Assembly: GCA_964057225.1 (NCBI GenBank)
Contig: OZ059899.1
Location: 15,996,001 to 16,060,000 of the forward strand
Direction of reading: 5' to 3'
Length of the DNA: 64,000 nt
Source of the DNA: Auanema rhodensis
Lineage: Eukaryota > Animalia > Nematoda
Part shown: positions 23,420 through 34,547 of the stretch, in pieces
How the letters are laid out: every line of letters begins with the position of its first letter
Numbering within the stretch: position 1 is the stretch's first letter
The notes under the pieces: model-generated
Told to the model about the DNA's origin: nothing
Seen by the model: only the letters and a program-made list of their open reading frames with translations
The model's database searches: none
Position numbers and translations under genes: made by a program

Positions 23420-25398
23420 GCTCAAAAATATTAGAAACCCTTGAAAAAACCTCGGATTACAATGAAAGTAGCATACTAAACACATTAGCTCAAAGAAAAA
23501 TTAAATGGATATACAACACTCCGCTATCTCCTTGGAAAGGAGGTTGTTGGGAACGCTTAGTAGGTGTCACCAAATCATCCCTCAAAAAATGCTTCGTTCC
23601 TAGTCAAATGTCACTAGATGATTTACACACAGCTATTGTAAAAATAGAAGCCATAATTAATACACGCCCACTCACTCATCCACACCCAGATAATTTAGAT
23701 GCTTTACCCATAAGACCAATTGATTTTTTAACATCAGCAATAAAGTTTTCATTACCAGAAAACAATGATAACACTCATATATTCGATATTCACAGCGATA
23801 TCCAAACGATTCAATCGACAGAACAAGCGCTAGAAGCTCTTCAGTTATCAGAAGACTCAGCGTCTAAATTCTGGACACGTTTCCAGGAGGAGTATCTAAC
23901 TAGTTTAAAAGACATTTTCAAACATAAAAACAAGAGAAAAAATCACACAAATCTCTTTCCTCACAAGGATGAAATAGTAATAATACAAAACGACATGTCG
24001 CCACGAGGAACATGGAAACTAGGTCGCATTATTGAAACAATTACTAGTTCAGATGGCAACATACGTTCAGCAAAAGTTGCAACAAGCAACGGAAACATAA
24101 TTACTCGATCCATCAATCAGCTCTATCCACTAGAGATAAGATGCAACACTAGCAACAACAAAATCATAGAAGACAACTCACACATAGTCCAAGAAAATAA
24201 TAGCTCAACAGATAGAATAGCACATACTGATACCGTATTAGACAACATACACTCCGATCATCATATAGAACATACAGATGAAACAATACATGAGAACAAT
24301 AACATAAATGATAGCAACCATAATTACGATATTGCATATGAATCAGACAACTCTCAACATGATAATACATACACTCCAGAAACAGAGAATAATGAGGATG
24401 CAACAAACGATAGACCTCAAAATAAAACAAAACTATCATCAGTGAAAACAGCAAAATATACAGAACAAGATGAGGTCACTGAGAAGGAAAATATAAAAGC
24501 CTTCCCACTAAAAATGTCCTATGCCACACACCAAAGGAAAAATAAAATAAACCCAAAAATAGCAGCTGACATAATGAAAGCCCTTTCATTACCGATTATA
24601 ATTACTTCGACATATGCCGAAGAAATCAATAGTTGCAAGGACTCTAACATGTTCACCACAAAACTTATAGCGAATCCTCATTGCTCCCCAGAAATGGCAA
24701 CATGGACAGTGATAATAACCATTATGGCAGTTACCCTCATAGTCTCTTGTCTATGCCGCATGGGTTACAGCCAATATAGATATAAGACATGGTCCAAAAA
24801 CACTCAAACCATGCTCAACATCATGAAATTAAAACATAAAACAATCTCCGAACAAGAAGATCATGAAACTGGTCAAAAAATAACAGAAGACCACAATGAT
24901 ACATTGCAATTAAAACAAACGAACACACAAGACGCTAATATTGTGGATCATGAAACCTTTCAAAAGCATATTTACCCTATTTTAAACCATACGAGAAAGC
25001 CACCAAAATTCTCTCTCTTTACTAGAGGGTCGCAAACATCTTTACCATCGTTACTGGCAATCATCTTGGCTTTATGTATTGGAAGCTGCAGTTCATGTTC
25101 CGATGTTCATGTTCAACACTTCGTTAACATACGATGCGATGACAACTTAGCTTGTTATCACGAATACAGTCAAGATATCATATTTTCTCCCGGAACAAAA
25201 CAATTATGCATTACCATAACGCATTCTAATCATGAAATTGGTCAATTTAAAATAACTAAACTATATACTGAACATGTCTGCCAGAAGAATACTAGATACT
25301 TCACTAGACAGACAACCGTCAACATATTGAGCATATTACGATGCCGTCACCGGGGCTCGTGTGACGGAACATGTGAAACTAACTCGCTCCATAATAAA
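23386..25398 (+). pseudogene. env: Integrase core and C-terminus, acidic linker and truncated envelope (phlebovirus Gc-like); frameshifted from the upstream ORF at about 23365
   Basis: RGTPEIMRSDCAGNF, PWKGGCWERLV, INTRPL, WKLGRI. Hydrophobic segment ATWTVIITIMAVTLIVSCLC. Signal-like SLLAIILALCIGSCSS followed by CSD...C...LC...C...YFTR...RC...GSC..C, the cysteine pattern of a class II phlebovirus Gc N-terminus. Confidence 0.85.
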
Positions 25399-27824
25399 AG
25401 GCACCAGTCTCTTCGGAGGCGTGGGTTCGAATCCCACTCTCATCAGATATTTTTTGACATTCCAACGTAGCTAAAATTGTTGTTACCCTATTGCGATGAT
25501 CAAATTGAAATATAACATACGACTGAAATAGTAAGGTGAGATGGCCGAGCGGTCTAAGGCGCTGGTTTAAGGCACCAGTCTCTTCGGAGGCGTGGGTTCG
25601 AATCCCACTCTCATCAGATATTTTTTGACATTCCAACGTAGCTAAAATTGTTTTTACCCTACTGCGATGATCAAATTCGAATATAACATACGACTGAAAT
25701 AGTCACATCAAGGTGAGATGGCCGAGCGGTCTAAGGCGCTGGTTTTAGGCACCAGTCTCTTCGGAGGCGTGGGTTCGAATCCCACTCTCATCAGATATTT
25801 TTTGACATTCCAACGTAGCTAAAATTGTTTTTACCCTACTGCGATGATCAAATTCGAATATAACATACGACTGAAATAGTCACATCAAGGTGAGATGGCC
25901 GAGCGGTCTAAGGCGCTGGTTTTAGGCACCAGTCTCTTCGGAGGCGTGGGTTCGAATCCCACTCTCATCAGATATTTTTTGACATTCCAACGTAGCTAAA
26001 ATTGTTTTTACCCTATTGCGATGATCAAATTGAAATATAACATACGACTGAAATAGTCACATCAAGGTGAGATGGCCGAGCGGTCTAAGGCGCTGGTTTT
26101 AGGCACCAGTCTCTTCGGAGGCGTGGGTTCGAATCCCACTCTCATCAGATATTTTTTGACATTCCAACGTAGCTAAAATTGTTTTTACCCTACTGCGATG
26201 ATCAAATTCGAATATAACATACGACATGAAATAGTCACATCAAGGTGAGATGGCCGAGCGGTCTAAGGCGCTGGTTTAAGGCACCAGTCTCTTCGGAGGC
26301 GTGGGTTCGAATCCCACTCTCATCAGATATTTTTTGACATTCCAACGTAGCTAAAATTGTTTTTACCCTACTGCGAAGATCAAATTGAAATATAACATAC
26401 GACTGAAATAGTCACATCAAGGTGAGATGGCCGAGCGGTCTAAGGCGCTGGTTTTAGGCACCAGTCTCTTCGGAGGCGTGGGTTCGAATCCCACTCTCAT
26501 CAGATATTTTTTGACATACCAACGTAGCTAAAATTGTTTTTACCCTACTGCGATGATCAAATTCGAATATAACATACGACTGAAATAGTCACATCAAGGT
26601 GAGATGGCCGAGCGGTCTAAGGCGCTGGTTTTAGGCACCAGTCTCTTCGTAGGCGTGGGTTCGAATCCCACTCTCATCAGATATTTTTTGACATTCCAAC
26701 GTAGCTAAAATTGTTTTTACCCTATTGCGATGATCAAATTGAAATATAACATACGACTGAAATAGTCACATCAAGGTGAGATGGCCGAGCGGTCTAAGGC
26801 GCTGGTTTTAGGCACAAGTCTCTTCGGAGGCGTGGGTTCGAATCCCACTCTCATCAGATATTTTTTGACATTCCAACGTAGCTAAAATTGTTTTTACCCT
26901 ACTGCGATGATCAAATTCGAATATAACATACGACATGAAATAGTCACATCAAGGTGAGATGGCCGAGCGGTCTAAGGCGCTGGTTTTAGGCACCAGTCTC
27001 TTCGGAGGCGTGGGTTCGAATCCCACTCTCATCAGATATTTTTTGACATTCCAACGTAGCTAAAATTGTTTTTACCCTACTGCGAAGATCAAATTGAAAT
27101 ATAACATACGACTGAAATAGTCATATCAAGGTGAGATGGCCGAGCGGTCTAAGGCGTTGGTTTTAGGCACCAGTCTCTTCGGAGGCGTGGGTTCGAATCC
27201 CACTCTCATCAGATATTTTTTGACATTCCAACGTAGCCAAAATTGTTTTTACCCTACTGCGATGATCAAATTGAAATGTAACATACGACTGAAAATGCCA
27301 CATCAAGGTGAGATGGCCGAGCGGTCTAAGGCGCTGGTTTTAGGCACCAGTCTCTTCGGAGGCGTGGGTTCGAATCCCACTCTCATCAGATATTTTTTGA
27401 CATTCCAACGTAGCTAAAATTGTTTTTACCCTACTACGATAATCAAATTCGAATATAACATACGACTGAAATAGTCACATCAAGGTGAGATGGCCGAGCG
27501 GTCTAAGGCGCTGGTTTAAGGCACCAGTCTCTTCGGAGGCGTGGGTTCGAATCCCACTCTCATCAGATATTTTTTGACATTCCAACGTAGCTAAAATTGT
27601 TTTTACCCTACTACGATAATCAAATTCGAATATAACATACGACTGAAATAGTCACATCAAGGTGAGATGGCCGAGCGGTCTAAGGCGCTGGTTTAAGGCA
27701 CCAGTCTCTTCGGAGGCGTGGGTTCGAATCCCACTCTCATCAGATATTTTATGACATTCCAACGTAGCTAAAATTGTTTTTACCCTACTGCGAAGATCAA
27801 ATTGAAATATAACATACGACTGAA
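25399..27824 (+). tRNA. Tandem tRNA-Leu array block 3 (one 3' half-gene plus about 13 genes)
   Basis: Same unit, beginning in the anticodon loop at the env breakpoint. Confidence 0.96.
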
Positions 27825-27825
27825 C

Positions 27826-29060
27826 TCGTACCGTACCGTACCGCTAAGATGTTCCGTGCACCGAATGGAGAATATCAAAAGCACATTCGGCAAGGACGAT
27901 GATGCTGAGAGAAAGGAACACATCCTCCATAAAATATTTGGAAGAAAAAAAGAGGTATACTTGATATTGTTTTTAAACACTATTTTTATGTTTTAAGACT
28001 GAATATGGAACGATCATGAGGAAAGGGGCTCTATCATCACAAAACCGTGATGAATATGAAAGGAAAATCCAAGATATTGTAAGGAATTGTGGAGAAAGAA
28101 CTCGACAATGGTTGGTTTTTTTTGAATTCTTTTATTTTTTTTTAATTTAGGCTTCTTACCAACAAGGACGATTTATATCAAACCAATAGTTTGATTCAAA
28201 AATTGAGAGCTGGGCAAAGCCAACAATTTTTTTCAACAAGCTTGTTGGAGTCGAAGAATTCTCAATTGAACGCTAGAATACCTCACCCTATTCCGGCTCA
28301 TCAAGTTCTAGAAAAAATGCTACAACTACATGAAGGTAATCAAAACATAATGAAAATAACTAGTAATTTTTTTATAGAAGAAATTAAAGAACGAATTGGA
28401 GCCGTTCATCAGAAATCCGACAAACTGGTCACTCATTTTCATGTTGAAAACCATGAGTGGTTAGTAATGACACGCATTGAAAAAATGAATAAGCTCAAAC
28501 TTTTCGGTTTGAGTGATTTCATTTTTGAAAATTCGTTGTCAAGCTATCCATCATGGATGAGTGAGCCAGTCGGGACCAGCAATGCGGACATGTTTTTTGA
28601 AACTGTTCAGCGTTTGGAAGTATTTCCTGCTGCGAAGGCAGGCATATATTTCACCAAGGACAGTACGGGAGCGTAAGCTAAGATTTTTTATTTTGAGTTT
28701 ATCATTGTTATTCCAGATTGGGATGTGTCAATGAGACCAATAATGAGCTTGTATGCTCCAGTCCGGGATGCACGCAACGAAATTGCCCTAAGCATGCTCT
28801 ATGCCAACACAGGTTTCTTAAGTTTGAGAAACAAAATATTATATTTTTGTTCCAGGCTAGCTGTCTTCATATCGTTAGAAAACGAAACGAAGAAAAGAGC
28901 GATCGTGGAAAATCTGGAACGAAAAAGAAATGAGAGAACAGTGCGAGATGTACAAGCTGAGCAATTGAGACCAGCTGACGGATCAAAGTTTGATCACAGA
29001 AGATTTGGTTCTCAATTTTCGAAAACGAACCGTAAGAGAAACTACTACGACATGGAATAG
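27826..29060 (+). pseudogene. 5'-truncated five-exon MULE-like transposase/SWIM gene
   Basis: GT-AG introns at 27955-27997, 28111-28150, 28673-28716 and 28813-28855 (40-44 nt) splice to one open frame: ..CSVHRMEN..RQWLL..STSLLESKNSQLN..VCSSPGC..CPKHALCQHRLAVF..YYDME*. Confidence 0.7.
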
Positions 29061-29349
29061 GTTTCAAATACCTCGATTTGTAATCAATTTTCATTATAGC
29101 TCAACAGCCGATTCAGATGACGAGATTCTGATACCAGGGCCAGGGGGACAACAGGAACGCTACTACTCACTTTCATAAAGTGCCGTAGCTACAAAAATCA
29201 AACAACAAGAGCATTAATAAGGTCAGTAAACTAGCATATTTAAAATTTAATATTTCATTTCATTTACAATATTGATCCATCACACACTCTCAGCAATTTG
29301 AAAATCATTATCAAAAGATCAGTTAGAACGATTACTTAACATCTTTAAT

Positions 29350-29737
29350 GAACACTTTTCATGTATGCAACAGCTCCACAAAAAGAAAACATGCGAAACA
29401 GAAGGTTTTTTTAGAATTAAATTTCCATTTTTTTAACATACCATGTTCAATTAATAAAAAATTCTTTTTCCTGATATTATTATCACTACCTTGAAAAAAC
29501 ATACAATTTCAAACTACAACTTTTTGTATTTTGGTATACTTAGTATAAAGATATTTTTTTGGTAAACTTGGTAAATTTGGTATACTTGGTAAACCTTGCG
29601 AAGTGGAAAATATCAGGAAAAAGAATTTTTTATTAATTGAACATGATGTGTTAAAAAAATGAAAATTTAATTCTTAAAAAACCTTCTGTTTCGCATGTTT
29701 TCTTTTTGTGGAGCTGTTGCATACATGAAAAGTGTTC
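29350..29737. repeat. Inverted repeat, about 129-bp arms (29350-29478 and 29609-29737) around a 130-bp spacer
   Basis: GAACACTTTTCATGTATGCAAC...CCTGATATT versus AATATCAGG...GTTGCATACATGAAAAGTGTTC with few mismatches. The spacer has repeated TTGGTA(A/T)A motifs. Confidence 0.93.
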
Positions 29738-32667
29738 GGCCATCTCACCATGATATGACTATTTCAGTCGTATGTTATATTTGAATTTGATCATAGCAGT
29801 AGGGTAAAAACAATTTTAGCAACGTTGGAATGTCAAAAAATAATCTGATGAGAGTGGGATTCGAACCCACGCCTCCGAAGAGACTGGTGCCTAAAACCAG
29901 CGCCTTAGACCGCTCGGCCATCTCACCATGTTGTGACTATTTCAGTCGTATGTTATATTCAAATTTGATCATAGCAGTAGGGTAAAAACAATTTTAGCAA
30001 CGTTGGAATGTCAAAAAATAATCTGATGAGAGTGGGATTCGAACCCACGCCTCCGAAGAGACTGGTGCCTAAAACCAGCGCCTTAGACCGCTCGGCCATC
30101 TCACCATGTTGTGACTATTTCAGTCGTATGTTATATTCAAATTTGATCATCGTAGTAGGGTAAAAACAATTTTAGCTACGTTGGAATGTCAAAAAATATC
30201 TGATGAGAGTGGGATTCGAACCCACGCCTCCGAAGAGACTGGTGCCTAAAACCAGCGCCTTAGACCGCTCGGCCATCTCACCATGATGTGACTATTTCAG
30301 TCGTATGTTATATTCAAATTTGATCATCGTAGTAGGGTAAAAACAATTTTAGCTACGTTGGAATGTCAAAAAATATCTGATGAGAGTGGGATTCGAACCC
30401 ACGCCTCCGAAGAGACTGGTGCCTAAAACCAGCGCCTTAGACCGCTCGGCCATCTCACCTTGATGTGACTATTTCAGTCGTATGTTATATTCAAATTTGA
30501 TCATCGTAGTAGGGTAAAAACAATTTTAGCTACGTTGGAATGTCAAAAAATATCTGATGAGAGTGTGATTCGAACCCACGCCTCCGAAGAGACTGGTGCC
30601 TTAAACCAGCGCCTTAGACCGCTCGGCCATCTCACCTTGATGTGGCATTTTCAGTCGTATGTTATATTTCAATTTGATCTTCGCAGTAGGGTAAAAACAA
30701 TTTTAGCTACGTTGGAATGTCAAAAAATATCTGATGAGAGTGGGATTCGAACCCACGCCTCCGAAGAGACTGGTGCCTAAAACCAGCGCCTTAGACCGCT
30801 CGGCCATCTCACCTTGATGTGACTATTTCAGTCGTATGTTATATTTGAATTTGATCATCGCAGTAGGGTAAAAACAATTTTAGCTACGTTGGAATGTCAA
30901 AAAATATCTGATGAGAGTGGGATTCGAACCCACGCCTCCGAAGAGACTGGTGCCTAAAACCAGCGCCTTAGACCGCTCGGCCATCTCACCATGATGTGAC
31001 TATTTCAGTCGTATGTTATATTTCAATTTGATCATCGCAGTGGGGTAAAAACAATTTCAGCTAAGTTGGAATGTCAAAAAATATCTGATGAGAGTGGGAT
31101 TCGAACCCACGCCTCCGAAGAGACTGGTGCCTAAAACCAGCGCCTTAGACCGCTCGGCCATCTCACCTTGATGTGACTATTTCAGTCGTATGTTATATTC
31201 AAATTTGATCATCGTAGTAGGGTAAAAACAATTTTAGCTACGTTGGAATGTCAAAAAATATCTGATGAGAGTGGGATTCGAACCCACACCTCCGAAGAGA
31301 CTGGTGCCTAAAACCAGCGCCTTAGACCGCTCGGCCATCTCACCATGATGTGACTATTTCAGTCGTATGTTATATTCAAATTTGATCATCGTAGTAGGGT
31401 AAAAACAATTTTAGCTACGTTGGAATGTCAAAAAATATCTGATGAGAGTGGGATTCGAACCCACACATCCGAAGAGACTGGTGCCTAAAACCAGCGCCTT
31501 AGACCGCTCGGCCATCTCACCATGATGTGACTATTTCAGTCGTATGTTATATTCAAATTTGATCATCGTAGTAGGGTAAAAACAATTTTAGCAACGTTGG
31601 AATGTCAAAAAATAATCTGATGAGAGTGGGATTCGAACCCACGCCTCCGAAGAGACTGGTGCCTAAAACCAGCGCCTTAGACCGCTCGGCCATCTCACCA
31701 TGATGTGACTATTTCAGTCGTATGTTATATTCAAATTTGATCATCGTAGTAGGGTAAAAACAATTTTAGCTACGTTGGAATGTCAAAAAATATCTGATGA
31801 GAGTGGGATTCGAACCCACACCTCCGAAGAGACTGGTGCCTAAAACCAGCGCCTTAGACCGCTCGGCCATCTCACCATGATGTGACTATTTCAGTCGTAT
31901 GTTATATTCAAATTTGATCATCGTAGTAGGGTAAAAACAATTTTAGCTACGTTGGAATGTCAAAAAATATCTGATGAGAGTGGGATTCGAACCCACACCT
32001 CCGAAGAGACTGGTGCCTAAAACCAGCGCCTTAGACCGCTCGGCCATATCACCATGATGTGGCATTTTCAGTCGTATGTTATATTTCAATTTGATCATCG
32101 CAATAGGGTAAAAACAATTTTAGCAACGTTGGAATGTCAAAAAATAATCTGATGAGAGTGGGATTCGAACCCACGCCTCCGAAGAGACTGGTGCCTAAAA
32201 CCAGCGCCTTAGACCGCTCGGCCATCTCACCATGATGTGACTATTTCAGTCGTATGTTATATTTGAATTTGATCATCGCAGTAGGGTAAAAACAATTTTA
32301 GCTACGTTGGAATGTCAAAAAATATCTGATGAGAGTGGGATTCGAACCCACGCCTCCGAAGAGACTGGTGCCTAAAACCAGCGCCTTAGACCGCTCGGCC
32401 ATCTCACCATGATGTGACTATTTCAGTCGTATGTTATATTTCAATTTGATCATCGCAGTGGGGTAAAAACAATTTCAGCTAAGTTGGAATGTCAAAAAAT
32501 ATCTGATGAGAGTGGGATTCGAACCCACGCCTCCGAAGAGACTGGTGCCTAAAACCAGCGCCTTAGACCGCTCGGCCATCTCACCATGATGTGACTATTT
32601 CAGTCGTATGTTATATTTCAATTTGATCATCGCAGTGGGGTAAAAACAATTTCAGCTAAGTTGGAAT
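29738..32667 (-). tRNA. Tandem tRNA-Leu array block 4, about 16 genes, almost all TAG
   Basis: Same unit with subfamily variants (ACCATGATG, ATTCAAATTT, CGTAGTAGG, AAATAATCT). Confidence 0.96.
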
Positions 32668-33012
32668 CGTTCCATTCGGACTCCCCATATATGTAGCTGA
32701 AGGGTTAGAGCCAGACGACCAGAGGACCGAGGAATGGCTCCGCCTTCCCTCGTTCCCTTGGTCGGGAGTTCGCCTCTTAGCAAGCTCATGGACGGCTTGT
32801 AGTTTAGTCTTTATACTTATATTTATCTTATTGTATTGTATCTTTATCTTTGTATATTATTGTTGTAGTTTCAAGCCAATAAATCTTTCTCTCTTTTATC
32901 TTATGATTGACCTTATGCTCTTTATTCCTTACCGCTACACCAAGGAATACTATGCGCGTCATAGTATAAACTACAATGGTTTATATTATCGACGCAGGAG
33001 CATAACGGAACG

Positions 33013-33025
33013 TGGAGGTTCCACC
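33013..33025 (+). promoter_or_regulatory. Primer binding site, tRNA-Gln
   Basis: TGGAGGTTCCACC is the complement of the conserved tRNA-Gln 3' end GGTGGAACCT-CCA. Confidence 0.85.
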
Positions 33026-34002
33026 TCGAACTCATCTTTTGAAAAAAAAAAAATTTTTTTTTATTGTAAAAGTCCATTTTTGCATTCTAAATTATAAATT
33101 CCTCCACTTGAAACAACAAAATGAAGGCGCCAATTTGTTTTAAGGTACAGATACAAGGGATCTCGCTTAAATGCGAGATAGGACCAATAAAATTTTTGCC
33201 CGCCGTCCTCAATTTAAAACCGTCTGAATGTCCACCCTTTTCTTATCGTATCTTGTACCGCTTCTCATGCCATTTTGAGGACGTTTGGTTTGAAATAGAG
33301 GACAATTTCGCCAAACGAGAAATTATAATTGTTCACATTTTTTTTGGGCATAGAGAAGTTTGATTATTGGAACAAAAATTTATAAGACGCGCGCAATTGA
33401 TTATAGTTTGTATATTTTGTGGTCAGGACTAGAATTTTGAAAAATTATTATATTCAGACGTAAAAGATCATTTTACATATTATTTTGCGGGAAACCAAAA
33501 ACGGTTACATAAATTGAATATAAAAAGAGACCACACTAGTCCGAAAAAGCCTGGTAAATCTGCATTAAGACTTCTCAGCTCTTATTTGACAGTCAGGTCA
33601 AGTTGGAGGAAGCATAACTGCTACGGATTTTATCCCCGTAGATTATGTCACCTTCCTCAAATCATTTCGTTGTTTCAACTCATAAGATACCCCTTATCTC
33701 CTACAGTAATCCTAAGTAAATGGGAAATGTTTAAAAATAGACGTATTTTTCTCATTTTCAAAAAGAAATTTGCTTAGGAAAACGCACTTTTGCTTATTTT
33801 GATCAAGAAAAAGGACAGCCTTTTCAATAACTCTCCTCAAACCTCATTAGCATGCACAATGTCGAAAACATTTTGAGCAAAACATGTTATTTAAGGGAAA
33901 AGGAATGAGGAAAAGCTTGAAAACATAAGTCCGTTTTCTTGACGAAAACAGAGCAAAGTGCACAAAAAAAAAATAAAAACACAGAGTACAAACTTTATTC
34001 AG

Positions 34003-34547
34003 TCAATACCCATATTTGATTTGCAACCGAGTTCGAAACTCAGAGGCAAGAAACATAGGAGTTTCGCTCGCAATTAAATCTTCACTATATTCTAAACCTC
34101 GCGAAACCCTAAGTTCCAAACCAAATAATGAGTCATCATAAACAATATAGATTTTAAACAATAATCTATATAATAAATAATAATAAAAATGACTCTTTTC
34201 CTGGTACCAGGCCCAAGGACGTGCGGTTAATAAACCGGCCCTACCATTATATACATGAGCGCATAGATCAACTAAGCACCTTCGACCAACAAGCTCCACT
34301 TCGGGAGCTACATCTACGAAGGTGGCAAAGTTTATATAGCCCTGCCCCAAATAATACATTTGGAGATCTTCGATAAACTAAAGTAATCAAATAATCAAAC
34401 ATAAAATGGAGATACACAAACCATCAAAATTATATCAGGATTTGGCCTATAAGCCAAAACTCCTTCTCCATCGTATTCAACGATGGATTCGTATAATTTC
34501 CACAGGACATAAGTCATGCCAGTGGGATTATAACGTTGGAAATCCAT
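34003..34547 (-). CDS. Two-exon orphan gene (about 166 aa) antisense inside the non-autonomous LTR element
   Basis: AAAATG start at 34547. A 44-nt GTTTGT...ACTTTAG intron (34421-34378) joins MDFQRY...DIILM to FIEDLQMYYLG...KYGY* in frame. AATAAA lies 3 nt after the stop. Confidence 0.7.

Larger units (their letters stand above)
18028..25398 (+). mobile_element. BEL/Pao (belpaovirus-like) LTR retrotransposon, 3'-truncated and frameshifted
   Basis: 5' LTR, PBS and gag-PR-RT-RH-IN-env order. Ends abruptly inside env, joined to a tRNA anticodon loop. Confidence 0.95.
27825..29737 (+). mobile_element. 1.9-kb insert: 3' fragment of a probable Mutator/MULE-like DNA transposon with terminal hairpin
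   Basis: Spliced ORF with CxxH, ES.N and SWIM-like motifs. No TSD, both ends fused to the array, and the array strand flips across it. Confidence 0.65.

Noticed and set aside
19423-24454. Short antisense and alternate-frame ORFs within gag-pol
   Set aside because: Shadows of the A-rich polyprotein coding strand.
27825-29737. Insert as an independently transposed intact element
   Set aside because: No TSD, no paired terminal repeats at both ends, the gene is 5'-truncated, and all copies share the same array junction.
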